A stretch of 64,000 nt of DNA from NCBI GenBank assembly GCA_963575745.1, contig CAUYUJ010000304.1:1-64000 (forward strand), read 5' to 3'. The position numbers were made by a program, and so were the translations under genes. The notes under the pieces are model-generated. The model saw nothing but the letters and a program-made list of their open reading frames with translations. It did not search any database and was not told the origin of the DNA. Below, piece by piece: positions 36,750 to 50,199 of the stretch. This DNA comes from Prorocentrum cordatum (lineage: Eukaryota). Positions within the stretch are counted from its first letter, which is position 1, and every line of letters begins with the position of its first letter.

Positions 36750-38763
36750 TCAGGCAAACCGGACAGCAAGACGCAGCAGGCCGTGCAGGAAAATAGAGGA
36801 GCACCTCGGCAGCACGGTGGGCGCGCAAGCATGCCCCTCTCTCCTCCTGCCGGCCGGCGTGCTCTCCCACGGCCGTCGGAGCGAGCGAGGCGACGCCCGG
36901 ATGGAGAGCTCGGCCCCGTTGGGACGGAGTCGGGCAGGGCGACTCGAAGAGAAACAGCCGCTCGACCGTGCGGAGCTGGTAGCCTTGCCGAGGGGATCCT
37001 CGCTGACTCCTACCTCCTGAGCCAACAGAGCAGCGGCGCTGGTCTCCGTCAAGGGTCGGCGCAGCGCGCGCCATGAGGAGCCGCTGGAAGACTCGATGTG
37101 CACCGCTGCACACGCATCCTGCTTGGTCCTACCGTGGGCACTTCTCAGACGAGGGAGGCACTGGGCAACCGGACCCAGACAACGGAATCCCCGATAGCAG
37201 TAGCACCTCCAGACCGTGCACACTGCCACCCACACGTTTGATGTTTGGCCTTGATGCCAATCTCGGGAATAAGGTTCGCAAGCGCATGATGATGTTCCTC
37301 CCCCTCCTGGCCAGCAGCTGCCAACAGTAGGTCGGTATTTCTGGAAACGTGGTCGTCCAAGTCCATGTCGACGGGCACTGGGACCTCGGGAGCCCTTGGA
37401 GCCTGGGGTGGATGCGGGGCCAAAAAAGAATACCACCACCAGGCGGCCATAGGAAAGGACAAAAACCCGCGCGCGACCGCCCTGACAGGGGTGCCACTGC
37501 CTGTCCCCGCCAAAGCGCCAGTACTTGCCACGTGGTCATGCACGCAGATGGCGGCCGCATCCGGTCGCGAATCATCGCTCCACGTGGAGCCCCTGGCCGC
37601 CCCGAGGCGGCAGCATCAGCGGGGAGCTCGGGTGCGGAAGGAGGTGCGCTGCTGACCTGCGTGGCCAGCAGCTCCGCATACCGCGCGAAGACGGGCGACG
37701 CAACGGGGGCGGCTGCACTTCCTGCGGGGCGGCTGCGGGGGCGTCGGGGACGGGCTCCTCCTGCAGGGGCCTCTCCTGCGGAGCCACCTGCTGCATTGCG
37801 GTAAGCAGCTCAGTAGGGTCTGGTATCGATCCTGGCCGTCTCCTCCTCCTCCTCCTCCTCCTCCTCCTCCTCCTCCTCGTCGTCCTCGTCCTCCTCCTCC
37901 TCCTCCTCCTCCTCCTCCTCCTCCTACTCCTCCTCCTCCTCCTCCTCCTCCTCCTCCTCCTCCTCCTCCTCCTCCTCCTTCGCCTCCTCCTCCTCCTCCC
38001 CGAGACGCCTGAGCAGCATCGAAAGTCTTCTGCTGGGCGACAGACTCGTCCTCCAGCGTTGACAACTGCTGCTGGGACTTGGCCAGCTTGTGGCCGAGCG
38101 TGCTTTGCCTTGTGAAGGCGAGCTTCGTGTCGTTGATGGCGCGACGCAGTCAAGTCGGACTCCATCTTGAAAAAAACGCTCTGAACCACCCATGCCTGAA
38201 CACGTCTTGGTGGCATCGATGGCCTCCTCAGATGCGTCAGTGCGCGCCCTGGGCTTGACCACCTCCGCAGCACTCGGGTCATCCGCAAGCAGGGACCTTG
38301 GCGTCAGGAGCTGATGCACCTCCCTTGCCGCCGCCTTCTGCAGCTGCCATCACCTGCCATTCCACCTGCGCCAAACTTGGTGGAAAACTGGATCTGCCCG
38401 GTGAGATCCGCGACCTGCTGCCCGAGCCTGCCTTGCTGGCCCGTACCGGCAGGCGGTCCACGAGCCCGAACGCCGCGAGGGAGCGCCAGCGCAAGGCACC
38501 TCCCCACCTGGAGCCGCCTTGCTCGCAGACTGCACGGCGCGCTGGATGATGCACCGGGGAGCTGCCGTACCGCGCGCGCGCGGCGGACCTGGCACGCCCA
38601 CTTCTGACTGCGGCCGCACTCTCGACATCGCCATTTGGGCTCACGCGGCCCTGCAAAGACTAAGCCGCCATCGCGGCCGGCTGAGATGAAAGCTGGCCAT
38701 GGGTCAGCGGTATGCACGCGCTCCCCTGTGGGACCTTTCATCTTGAGCCAAGGCAGCCACGGA
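36750..38763 (-). mobile_element. 5' portion of a decayed LINE: spliced-leader relic, ORF1 (RanBP2-like Zn finger + coiled coil) and start of the APE endonuclease
   Basis: EPKWRCRECGRSQKWAC at ~38592-38640; coiled-coil-like QSTLGHKLAKSQQQLSTLEDE; APE-like IESSSGSSW...LLAQE at 37014-37097. Interrupted by (CCT)n at 37840-38000. Confidence 0.6.
38742..38763 (-). other. Dinoflagellate spliced-leader relic
   Basis: TCCGTGGCTGCCTTGGCTCAAG versus the SL DCCGTAGCCATTTTGGCTCAAG: 17/22 identical, ungapped, 3' 11 nt exact. Confidence 0.7.
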
Positions 38764-38789
38764 GGGAGGACGGGGTGAGGAGTAGAACA

Positions 38790-39720
38790 ACGAGGAGGAA
38801 AAGGAGGAAGAGGAGGAAGAGGAGGAGGAGGAGGACGAGGAGATGAAGAAGGAGGAGGAGGAGGAGGAGGAGGAGGAGGAGGAACACGACGACGAGGGGG
38901 AGAAGTAGCAGGGCGAGGAGGAAGAGGAGGCGGAGGAGGAGCTGGAGGACGAGGAGAAGAAGAAGGAAAAGGAGGAGGAGGACGAGGAGATGAAGGAGGA
39001 GGAGGAGGACGAGGACGAGGAGATGAAGAATGAGGAGGAGGAGGGAGAGGAGGAAGAGGAGGAGGAGGAGGAGGAGGAGGAGGAGGAGGAGGAGGCAGAG
39101 GAGGAGAGGAGGAGGAGGAGGAGGAGCAGAGGAGAAGGAGGAGGAGGAGGGGAGGGGGAGGAGTAGAAGGGCGAGGAGTAGAAGGGCGAGGAGGAGGAGG
39201 AGGAGAACGAGTAGAAGAAGGAGGAGCAGGAGGAGGAGGAGGGGGGGAGAACGAAGCCCGCCTCCCGCGGTGGGGCGACGAGGAGAGACGGCACGGCCCG
39301 ACCTCGAACCCCAGCCGGCCGAGGACCAGGGCGCAGCCTCGCAGAGCCCGGTCGCTCGTCCTCGTCCTCGTCAATCGTCCTCCTCCTCATCCTCCTCCTC
39401 CTCCTCCTCCTCCTTCTCCTCCTCCTCCTCCTCCTCCTCCTCCTCCTCCTCCATGTCCTCCTTCTCCTCCCCTCGACTCTTCCTCCTCCTCCTCCTCCTC
39501 CTCGTCTCCTCCGTTTTCTGTTCCTTCTTCTCCTTTTCCTCCTCGTCCATGTCCTCCCCTTCCTCCTCCTCCTCCTCCTCGACATCCTCCTCATCATCCT
39601 CCTCCTCCTCCCCCTCCTCCACCTCCTCCTTCTCCTCCTTTGTCTACTCATGCTCCTCCTCTTCCAGAAATCTCTGCACCGCACTCGTGCACCCTCTTCC
39701 CTCCTCCTGATCCTCCTGTT
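38790..39720. repeat. (GGA)n tract and (TCC)n tract in opposite orientation around a ~120-bp core
   Basis: Direct reading: 38790-39245 purine-rich, 39360-39720 pyrimidine-rich. Confidence 0.85.
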
Positions 39721-39954
39721 CCGCTTCCTCCCTCGGCCCCAGGACACCCGAATGGGCCCCCGATCCCCTCACACATGAAGGCACCCCAGCGTCGACCTGA
39801 ATGTCCGGGGCTCCACGTTCGCAACCAATGGGGCCAGGTCGGTTGAAGGCATGCTCCTCCTCCTCCTCCTCCTCATCGTCATCATCATCATCATCATCAG
39901 CATCATCAGCATCATCGTCATCATCAGCATCATCATCATCATCAACATCACCAG

Positions 39955-39989
<35 letters not shown>

Positions 39990-40010
39990 ACATCATCATC
40001 ATCATCATCG

Positions 40011-40077
<67 letters not shown>

Positions 40078-40209
40078 TATCAGCATCATCATCATCCCCC
40101 TCCCCCTCCTCCTCCTTCTCCTCCTCCTCGTCCTCCTGATCCTCCTCCTCCTCTTCATCTTCCTTCTCCTCCTCCTCCTCCTCCTCCTCCTCCTCCTCCT
40201 CCTCCTCCT

Positions 40210-42222
40210 CGCACGTAACATCGGAGTGAGTTCAACCACACTACTCATCAGCATCTGCCTGATGAGGCATTTGGGCACGTGCAACAATGACCGAAACTAC
40301 CAGAGGCGCGTGAAACAAGTTTGGGCGACTGCTAATATTGTAGAAAAGGATAACAAAGACCAGACGCTTCCCCCCGATATCCTGCCCCTCCGCACTCAGC
40401 ACACGAACCAGCCCAAGAAGATTGCCGAGGTGGACAGGGACAAGATGGAACGTACGCCGAGCCTCCTGACCTACACCCCACATTTGAAGGCCATTCACGC
40501 AGTGCTGTTGAAAATCGAGAGCAGATGTATCTGGGAAGCCAAACAGACCCCTACAAAGGACCTTAAGAACGGACATCTGCTACGATGGGAGGCAGAGGGC
40601 AAACGCAACTTCAGCTGCGGCCAGGAGATCGCCTGAAGGGCCTGCTCAGACGGCGGTCGGGAAGCCCACCTGGCAACTCGCTCGAGAATCGCCACCTGCA
40701 GCTCATCCTGAAAAAACGAAAAGGCCAAGCGAGAGAGCAAAATCCTGCTGGGTCTCTTCGCACGAGGCTCTTCCATCAGAGTCTCCTGCAGGGCCTTCAT
40801 CGCTTGAGAGCCAGGGCCTCGAAGGAGATCAGAGTCGACGAAACCAGCGGAGGAGTCCGAAAGCTCATTGACGAAAGAGGCGACTCCTCCAGAAAACGGG
40901 AGGCCGATTGTCTCCGACCCACGCGGCAGTCGGAAGGTGCTCCCGCGCACTCTTCTTGAGAATCTGGCAACAAGACTACGCCGGTTGCCGATCGTCGCAC
41001 GGGTAGCACGCCACTCAGCGATAACGGACTGATACTTCATCGGAAGAGGCCGAAGCGTGGCCCACGCACGGGGTTGGACAACCTGGGAGGGCGGAAGACT
41101 GAACGGAGGGAGGTGGAGGACCTCGTGGAGCACCCACGACTACCACACCAACATTGAACTCGGCAGCGGGGCTGGCCGGCACAAGGAACCGAGCTTCGAT
41201 GCCGCCCAAGTGATGGGCATCCGATCGAGACCGAGGGGGCTGCCTGCTGCTCGGCGGCCATCGCTTGGACAGCACCCCAAGGCACTCTGCACGGGGACAG
41301 ATCGAGATGCCTGTTCCAGCGAGGCACAAGACGAGCTGAGGCAAACAACCTCTGGGTGCGGAGTTGGTAGGTGAACTCAGGCTCAACTAGCACGAGGCAG
41401 CACTTTGGGGCTTTTAACTGAAGCCACGCAACGGCCTCTGCAACATAAGAAGCTCCTGCGACTCTCGCGAACGCGTTGATTTCCGCAGCCGCCAAGCCGA
41501 CAAGCCCACGTCGTCCGCGCAAACTCCCGACTCGGACCACTTTTGTTGGAGCGTTCGCGGAGGTCGTGCAACAAAGGATACATGATGAAAACCCAAAATG
41601 AGCGTGAAAACGGACCTTCCTGCATCACACCCGAGAGGATCACACAGAACTGAATGGGAGCACCCATGAAGGGGGACAAAGGCGAAAGCATGCATGTAGG
41701 TGGCACGCGCGAAAGCTAGGACACCTTCCGGCATGCCACTATGCTGGATAACAGCCCAGAGGCAGAGATGACAGAGGGAGAGGAAGGCGATACCAAAGTC
41801 GGGGAAGACGAAGACGAAATGACGAGTCGAGGCGTGGGGGTGCATGCCAGCAACTCGCTCTGGGACATCCAGGAGGGTAACGTTCTCCAGGAAATGCGGC
41901 CTGGAACGAATCCCTCCTGGCCGGGCTGCGACTGCTTGGACAGGACCCTCGTGATCTGGTTCTTCACTGCCGCCGGCAAAACTTTGACCTCAGCAGTTGT
42001 CAGCGCTGGTCCATCTCGGCGCACCCCACGCACGTCTCATGGCCCCCTAGGGAGCTCCGCCGAAGGCCTCAGCGGCACGGCTCGCAGGCGGCTCCGCCCC
42101 CCTGTCGGCGCACCCCTCGCACGCCTCGTGGCCCCCCTAGGGAGCTCCGCCGGAGGCCCCCGCGGCAGCATGCTCTCGCACCGCCCGCCCCGCGTCGCCA
42201 GGACGCCTTTGCCTCGTGGCGC

Positions 42223-42268
<46 letters not shown>

Positions 42269-44310
42269 TATATATATATATAGATAACACACAAAAAATG
42301 TGGGGCCCAAAACCCGGATAGCGAGGCGCCCGAAGTGCGTGGACAGCCCTGTCGAAGAACTCTGGAAGGACCTGGAGAGAGCTTCCGAAGAACGACCTTC
42401 TGGAGAGCTTCCGGGCACGCGTCTTGGGAAACGCTTAGAAAAGGCCTCTCGGGACACGCTGCAAGTTCAAGCAACCCGCGCCGAAGCGTTTCTTACGGAA
42501 GCCGGAACGACCTCCGGGGCTACCCTGCGGCTCCGGCTTCTTAATCTGAAACCCTCTTAGCTCTCTACGAGCTCTCCGGGAAAAACGGGCAGCAGATCAT
42601 TCGGCACCGTGGGCGGCGGCCGGCCGGCCGGCAGCTCTCGGAGGTCGGAGAGAAGGTCGAGGGCGAGAGGGGGGGTGCTGCTGCCAGGCTGCACACGGCA
42701 GGCCTTTCGGCCCCGGTGCTGCAATTAGGCCTCGCCCACCGAAGAGCTTGCTCGCTCTGGGCCTGCATGGGAGGAGCTTAACGTCCTCGCGGCCCAAGAG
42801 CTCCTGCTCCTCCTCCTCCTCAGCATCATCGCTCCTCCACCTCCTCCTCCTCCTCCTGCTGCTCCTCCTCCTCCTCCTCCTCCTCCTCCTCCTCCTCCTC
42901 CTCCTCCTCCTCCTCCTCCTCCTCCTCCTCCTCCTCCTCCTCCCCTCCTCCTGATCCCCGTCCTCGCCGGGGGGGTGCTGCTGCCAGGCAGTACATTGCA
43001 GGCCGTCGGGCCCAGTTGCCGCAGGCCTCGCCCACCGAAGAGCTTGCTCGCTCTGGGCCCTTCGCGGGAGGAGCTTAACGTCCTCGCGGCCCAAGAGCTC
43101 CTGCTCCTCCTCCACCTCCTCCTCCTCCTCCACCTCCTCCTCCACCTCCTCCTCCACCCTCCTCCACCTCCTCCTCCTCCTCCTCATCCTCCTCCTCCTC
43201 CTCCTCCTCCTCCTCCTCCTCCTCCTCCTCCTCCTCCTCCTCCCCTCCTCCTCCTCCTCCTCCTCCTCTCCTCCTCCTCCTCCTCCTCTCCTCCTCCTCT
43301 TCTTTCCTCCTCCTCCTCCTCCTCCTCCTCCTCCTCCTCCTCCTCCTCCTCCTCCTCCTCCTCCCTCTCCTCCTCCTCCTCCTCCTCCTCCTCCTCCTCC
43401 TCCTCCTCCCCTCCTCCTCATCCCCGTCCTCGTCGGAGGGGGGCTGCTGCTGCCAGGCAGCACATTGCAAGTCGTCGGGCCCAATTGCCGCAGGCCTCGC
43501 CCACCGAAGAGCTCGCTCGCTCCGGGCCCTTCGAGGGAGGAGCCACGTCCTCCCAGTCAAGGAGATCTGAACGTGCTCGCGCAAAGATTTGGAAACGTGA
43601 TTCACGTGAGCTCCAGTGGAGGTGGTCGCGCAAGAGCCCAGTGGTCACGCAGGGCCTTGGACATGTCAGGGGAGTAGGAGGGAAGGCCACCCGTGGGAGC
43701 CGTAAGAGCCTGGAGGGGAAGAGGCTTCCTTGCTGGGGTCGACAGTTTTGCTTTGCGTCGCTCTGCTTGCACATCTGCTCGCTGCCTCTTGCGCTCATGT
43801 CAAATCTTTGATGGTTTCGCTTGACAACGTGAGCAGACTCGCGCTTGGCAAGCAGCTGCTGCTGGAGGGGCTCATACTCCTGACGAAACTTGAACGGGCA
43901 GTGAACGTGAGGATGAGCAGCAGGAGCCGCTGAAGGAGACAATTAGCTGGCGGGGCGTCGTTGCGATTGACAGCCCTGGAATCCGATCGAAAGAATAGCA
44001 GCTTCGTCTCCAGGGGAGGAGCCTGAACACAGATGAGAGCCATGCGGGCCACTTCTCGAGGCAAACGATTATATTCGCGCCACCTCGATACAGAAGGGAG
44101 AGAATGGACATGCGAATGCGACAGGAGGAAGAAGAGAAACTGTTTGAACGAAGGGAACTGACACAGGGAACGGGGAAGAACCTGCTCGGCAGCAAACTTG
44201 ACAGGACGGTCAGCAAAGATGGCCTTCACGGGACCATGGTCCGACATGCCCCTACCGAATAGTACCTTAGATTTCGCCGCCGGAGAAATGATGTTCCACT
44301 GCGGCATCAG
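40210..44310 (-). pseudogene. Decayed LINE ORF2, split by ~1.5 kb of inserted repeats (~42040-43550)
   Basis: APE C-terminal MSDHGPV (~44240); RT QEGFVPGR, PDFGIAF, SGVMQEGPFS, CADD (~41510), LQLKAPKC, ECLGV. Confidence 0.75.
42670..43550. repeat. Three tandem units of a ~130-bp head plus a variable (CCT)n tail
   Basis: Head GCTGCTGCCAGGC...GGCCTCGCCCACCGAAGAGCT at ~42677, ~42977 and ~43446. Confidence 0.85.
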
Positions 44311-44364
44311 ACGGCCAGGTGCACTTACACATAGATACAAGTGTATGTAGGTGTATATATTTAT

Positions 44365-45560
44365 CTATTGAAAGCCACGTGCGCTTCGCGCTCGCTTAGG
44401 TTCTAGCCCAGCCCATGGCGGTGTGATGATACGACGGTCGGGGGGGTGCGGGCGACTCGCTGTCGGAGAAGGGCTGCTACCATCTTGGGCTAGTTATGGC
44501 ATGTCGCAGGGCTTCCTTGGACTGGCTTTGGGGCTGTTTAGGCGCTGTCTGGGGGGGGGTCAGGGTTGCCAGATCGTTGGCACGACACGCAAGTCTTAGT
44601 CTCGTTGGCGCGACACGCAAGTCTTAGCTTTCGGGCTCGTCGGGGAGATCGCTGAGCAGCCTTGGGACAGTGACCGGCTTTCTGCAGAACTGGTGAGATA
44701 TTGAGGCCTCAGTTTGCTTCGGATGTCGTCACATGTCCCTGGCCTGTCTGGCCGAGCTCATGCGGGAGGGGCCAGGAACGGCGGAGGCCGGGACAGCAAC
44801 CTGCCTTGACAGAGGATGCACGCGCTGCCACGCCAGCGGACGGAGCACGTGCAGAAGGAACGAAGAATGCCAGACGCAGGGCAGACTGCCTTTATACAGA
44901 ATGCACGCGCTGCCACGTCGGGTGGCGGAGCACTTGCAGGAAGATCGAGAAGAGACGGAGGGAGGAGGGACCGCAGCCCTGATATTGAATGCATGCGCTT
45001 TGGACGCCAGCTGGCGGAGCACGTGCAGAATCTCCTTCTGGCCGCACCAGCAGGACCTCAAGTTCTACTACGTTGCCTTCAGTTCTGAAGAGCTTTCGGG
45101 CCACCTCCAGCCGTCCTTCGGCACCCTTTGAGCCTGTCGGACGACGCGTGCTGGAGATGCGGTGTGGGGCGTCTTTAGGGGACGTATTGGAAACCTCTTG
45201 GGGCCACGATACTCCAATCGTACTTCAGGACCACATCCCAGAAATAATTTCGAGCACCCGGACAATTGTCGAAAGAGTGTCGAAACAGTGTCGAAGCAGT
45301 GTCGGACGAGTGTCTCCCAGGGCCCGACACGTGAAAGCCCTCGAGTTTCGGTACTCTTGGGGTGCTCAACATTCTCTCTGGCGGTCAAGGCTAAAGTAGC
45401 TTGGGACACCACAATCTCGGGGGCCTGCATGGCCATCGTGAGGGTCGCGCGTGGGCCGTTTTGGTGGCGGCTCTGGGGTGCCCCTGGGGCCGTCGTCGGG
45501 CCCTCCTCGGGCCGTGCCGAGGCCGTCTTGGGCCCAGCTTGTGCCGTCTTGGAGCCGTCT
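44365..45560 (-). mobile_element. Second, more diverged copy of the Helitron-like 3' arm
   Basis: Degenerate hairpin GTGCGCTTCGCGC...GGTTCTAG beside a TA-rich tract; the body is homologous to 30610-31390. Confidence 0.55.
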
Positions 45561-45591
45561 TGGGCGGTCGGAAGCCAGCAAGCGCGAACAC

Positions 45592-45630
<39 letters not shown>

Positions 45631-47528
45631 CACACACACACACGCACACACACACACACATGCTTACACACTTGCGTCGGCGGCTGGGCAGAGGGTGACT
45701 GCTCCGGCGATCTGGCAACAGGGGGCACCCTGCATGCTAATGAAAGCCGCGATGCACGAGGGGGGAGGAGGAGCACTCACACACACACACACACACACCC
45801 TCTTCATTTCAAAACCTCAAGACCATCAACGTGTTTGGCCTCATCAAAGCCCCTTTGGGGCGCGCCGCGGGCTCTCCTGGGGTGTCCTGGGGGGCATCCT
45901 GAGCCATGCTGAGGCCATTCTGGGAGATCTTGGTGCCCGTTTTGGGTCGGCTTCGGCTTGTGTGGGTTCCTGTTGGGCGGTCTTGGGGGTGTCTTAGGCT
46001 GTCTTGGCGGCCCCGTAGGCCGTCTGGAGGCTTCTTGGACGCCCTGGGGAGGGGGCATCAAAAAAGGGGGCGAGGTGGTAGCAAGGTGCTGGGCCCCCGG
46101 GCGAGGATCGAGATCCGAAAATGTTGTCTTCGGGGGCTCTCGTCGTCGCCACGGCTGGACGCATCTCGAAGCGACGGTTTTTTGTTACGACGAGGTGCAA
46201 GACGAGGACGGAGAGGAAGATGAGGAGGCAGAAGCGTCAATAGCAGTTGGAGCAGCAGCTGAGGAGCCTTGAAGTCGTCTTTTTCGGCGTCTCGGGAATC
46301 TCTGTGGGCCGCCTTGAGCTCACACCACCGTCCGCACTTAGCATCCTTGATGCTTGGAACTCGTTACGTGCTGAAATACCAGAAACGGACGAACATCTAT
46401 GCAGTTAGCGTCTCCGGGCCCTCTTGGGTGTCCTCTTGGGGCCCTTTGGGAGCACTTCACGCCCTTTCGGGCCGTCCTGGGACCCATTTGGGGCGTCTTG
46501 GAGGGCTTTTGCTGTCTTGGAGCCTTGTTGGGACCCTCTTGGAGGGCTCCTGGGGCCCTCCTGGACCTCTCTCGAAGCCATTTGGAGCCTTCTGGGCCTT
46601 TGGGGGGCCGTTTTGGAGCGCCCTTGGGCCGTCTTGGGACTCTCTTTGGCCATCCTGGGGCCCTCTTTGGGAACCGCTTGGACCGTCTTGGGTCGATTTC
46701 TGGGACCTCGTGAGCAGTCTTGGCCCGTCGGAAGCATGAAAAAGCCAGAGCAAGGAGAACTATGTTTAAAAAACCTTGGACACCTTCGATGTTGCGCCTC
46801 ACGAATGCATTGTGGAACTCCTTTTGAGGGCCTCTTGGCTGTCTTGAGGCCTCTTGGGCTGTCTTGAAGCCATGTTCGGCCATTTTGGCGGTCCAGAGCT
46901 CTCTTGGAGCGCTTTTAGGCCGTCGTGGGACTCTCTTGGAAGTCTCTTGGGCCCTCTCGTCGTCCCCCTTCCCCTCCTTTTAGACAATTTGGCGCTCCCC
47001 GACGGGTCGAAAACGGCCGTGTACAACAGCAGTGCCCCCCAGAGCCCCTGGGACCCCCCTCCCCATACATTTGTTGTTATATATATACATACATACATAC
47101 ATACATACATACATACATGCATGCATGCATGCATGCATGCATGCATACATACAGACAGACAGACAGACAGACATGCATACATACATATGCATACATGTAT
47201 ATATATATGTATATATATATATATGACGGGCTCCTGAAACCCTGAACCCAAAAACATGTTTCATCTCTTTGGAATGCATCTTTTACTTCCGCCGCCTTCC
47301 GCCAACCTTCCGCCGGCTTCCGCCGCCTTCCGCCGGCGGAGGCGGCCTCGTTTTACCTCCGCCGACCTTCCGCCGCCCTTTCGCCGCCTTCCGCCGCGGA
47401 AGAGATGGCAACTTCTTCTATCCTTGAAGGTGAGACCATGTTTGGAACGCCCCAAATATGTAGTCAAGCGACGCGAAACGCTCTGGAGTGCGTCGGTTGC
47501 TCAGGGTCACCTGTGCCATGGCATGTAG

Positions 47529-47596
47529 GGTGTCCGCCCATTCCTGGCCGTGCTCACGGCGATGGGGTTCACCGAGGAACCCTTTGTCGATCTCAG
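47529..47596 (+). CDS. Candidate isolated host exon (GVRPFLAVLTAMGFTEEPFVDL)
   Basis: TAG|G acceptor, AG|GC donor, high GC3. No partner exon established. Confidence 0.25.
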
Positions 47597-49684
47597 GCGT
47601 GGCCTACTGCGTCGTAGCCTGCTCGTGGAAGTTGAAATCACCCAGCATCAAGACCGTGGAGCGATGCGGACGTGCCTCTGCCACAGACACCTCCGCCGAT
47701 CCTCCTCCTCCTCCTCCTCCTTTCCACCCTCCCTCTCCTCGTCAGAGACATCGTCTTCTACGTACGCTTCACTGGTGCAAAATTGCCAGCGAGTCGGTCG
47801 GTCGCGGGACACGTCGTCGTCGTAAGCGAGTCGAGTGTGCGTGTGGGACACGTCGTCGTGGTCATTCGCGTCGTCGTCTTGGTGGTCGTCATCGTCGTCA
47901 GCTACTCGTTTGCCGCGCCGGGCGTCGTCGCCGCCGCCGTCGCCGTCGCCGCCGTCGTCATCGTGTGTTGGCGAGTCCGTCGGTCGTGCGAGCGGGTGGG
48001 ACACGTCGTCGACATCGTCAATGGCGAGTCGGTCGGGCTGGCGGGCGGGACACGCCGCCGTCGTCGTCGATTGCCCGCGCCGGGCGTCTTCGCCATCGCC
48101 ATCTTCGGAGCCCGAGGGGCGCCTCCCAGATTGGCGCCGACGTCTGCGAAGAGACAGTCCTGGCCCTGCGGGCGGCGCCCAGGCCGGGAGACGAGGAGGA
48201 GGAGGAGGAAGGGAAAGGAGCAGCAAAGAGCCCCCCTTCTACTCTTCCTCCTCCTCCTCCTTCTCCTCCTTATCCTCCTCCTCCTCCTCCTCCTCCCTCT
48301 CCTCCTCCTCCTCCCCCTCCTCCTCCTCCCTCCTCCTCCTCCCTCCTCCTCCTCCTCCTCTCCTCCCTCCTCCTCCTCCTCCCCCTCCTCCTCCGAGGGA
48401 CTCCCCCTCCTCCTCCTCCTCCTCCTCCTCCTCCTCCTCCTCCTCCTCCTCCTCCTCCTCTTCCTCCTCCTCCTCCTCCTCCTCCTCCGCCTCCTCCTCC
48501 TCCCCGAGTGTCCCGCCAAGGGCTTCCACAGCGGCCGAGGGAGCACGCAGTCCAACGCAGTGGAGGTCAGTCCACAAGAAACCTGTCTCAAGAAGCCCAA
48601 CCCTGAGACCCCGGGGCGTCCATCGATTTTATGGCGTAGGAACGTCACGCCTTCCGTCGCAAAAACCATCGAAACCCAAGAAACACAAGGCACCCTGCAG
48701 GCAAGCAGGGTGTTTCTTGGCATGGGTCTCCACTGTAGCTCGGCCAAGGTTTGGCAGCTGCTTGGCTGCATCGGCATGTCCAGAAAGGCTGGGGGCGGCG
48801 GTGGTTTGCAGCAGGCGTCTTCGACAAGTGTCGGGAACTTCTTAACATGCAGACGCGCGGCGCCAGAGCGAGAGAGACATGTTGAAAACCACACGCCCAC
48901 TACGCGTGAAGATGTGAAGAAACTCAAGGTTCAACATCACAGGTCCTGGGGGAATCCGAGGCGACCCCCCCGCCGTCCTACCGACAACACACCGCGCGGC
49001 GCCACAAGGAAGAGCTCTTTGACCGTGACCTTGGAAGACGGGTGGAGTGGTAGGAACGATATACAGGTGGAGAAAAAAAGAACGGGAAGGACAAGGAGGA
49101 TGATGCATGGAAGAAAATTTTAAAAGGAGGAGAAGGAGCAGTGGGAAGACAATGATAGAAAGAGGCAGAGAGGAAGAGGAGGAGGAGTAGGGGGAGGAGG
49201 AGGAGGAGGAGGAGGAGGAGGAGGAGGAGGATAATCGAGCGGCACTGAACGGGACCTAGGCCAGACGTGGCCGCTTGCCGGCCGCGGGTGCAGCAGCGCC
49301 CGTGCTCCCGAGAATGATGCCCCAGGGGGAGAGGAGGAGAAGCCAGGGGAAGCGGGTCGAGAGGCAGGGCGGGGAGGATGGAGACACCAAAAGAACAGCA
49401 CGCAGCATGGACATGACTGGTCGGAGCTCCGCGCGAGATTCTTGGATCTGCGCTGGACAGGCGCGCGGAGGCGCCAGGGGTGGCGCTGGAGGCGCCGCCA
49501 AGGCGGGCCAGCGCCGACCCGAGGAATCCGCGCGGAGCTCCGAAATTCCCGTGTTCTTCGGAGGAGGGCGAGACCTCCGCCAGCCCACCGGGTGTTGCTA
49601 GAAGTTCCCCTGGCCTAGGGCGTCCCCGGCTTTTCGCTCCACGTTGAGGCCCTGGCGCCACCTGGGCCTGGTGAGGAGACCCGA

Positions 49685-49877
49685 GTAGTAGTGGTAGAAA
49701 TAGTAGTGGTAGCAAAAGTAGTCGTAGAAAAAATGGACGACATGAAAATTATAGTAATGGTCGTCGTCGCCGCCGTAGTCGTAGTGGTAGTCCTAGTCAT
49801 AAGAATAACACCCGAAGTAATAGTAGTAGTAGAAGTAGTAGTAGTAGTAGTAGCAGTAGTAGTAGTAGTAGCAGTAA

Positions 49878-49934
<57 letters not shown>

Positions 49935-50162
49935 CAGCACTAGTAGTAGCACTAGTAGTAACAGTAGTAGTAGTAGCAGCAGCAGCAGCAGTAGTAGTAG
50001 TAGTTGCAGCAATAGTAGTAGTGGTGGCGGTAGTAGTAGGGGTCGGAGTAGTGGTAGTAGTAGCAGCAGTAGTAGTAGTCGTAATATTGGTAGCAGTATG
50101 AACAGTAGTTGCAGTAGCACGGGAAGTAGATAATAGTAGTAGTAGTAGTAGTAGTAGTAGTC

Positions 50163-50199
<37 letters not shown>

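Noticed and set aside
38010..38440. Host coiled-coil gene exons
   Set aside because: Better explained as LINE ORF1, given the upstream SL relic/Zn finger and downstream APE motifs. Not fully excluded.
41505..41522. CADD as evidence of mutational decay of YADD
   Set aside because: It may be the native motif of this LINE lineage, so it was not counted.
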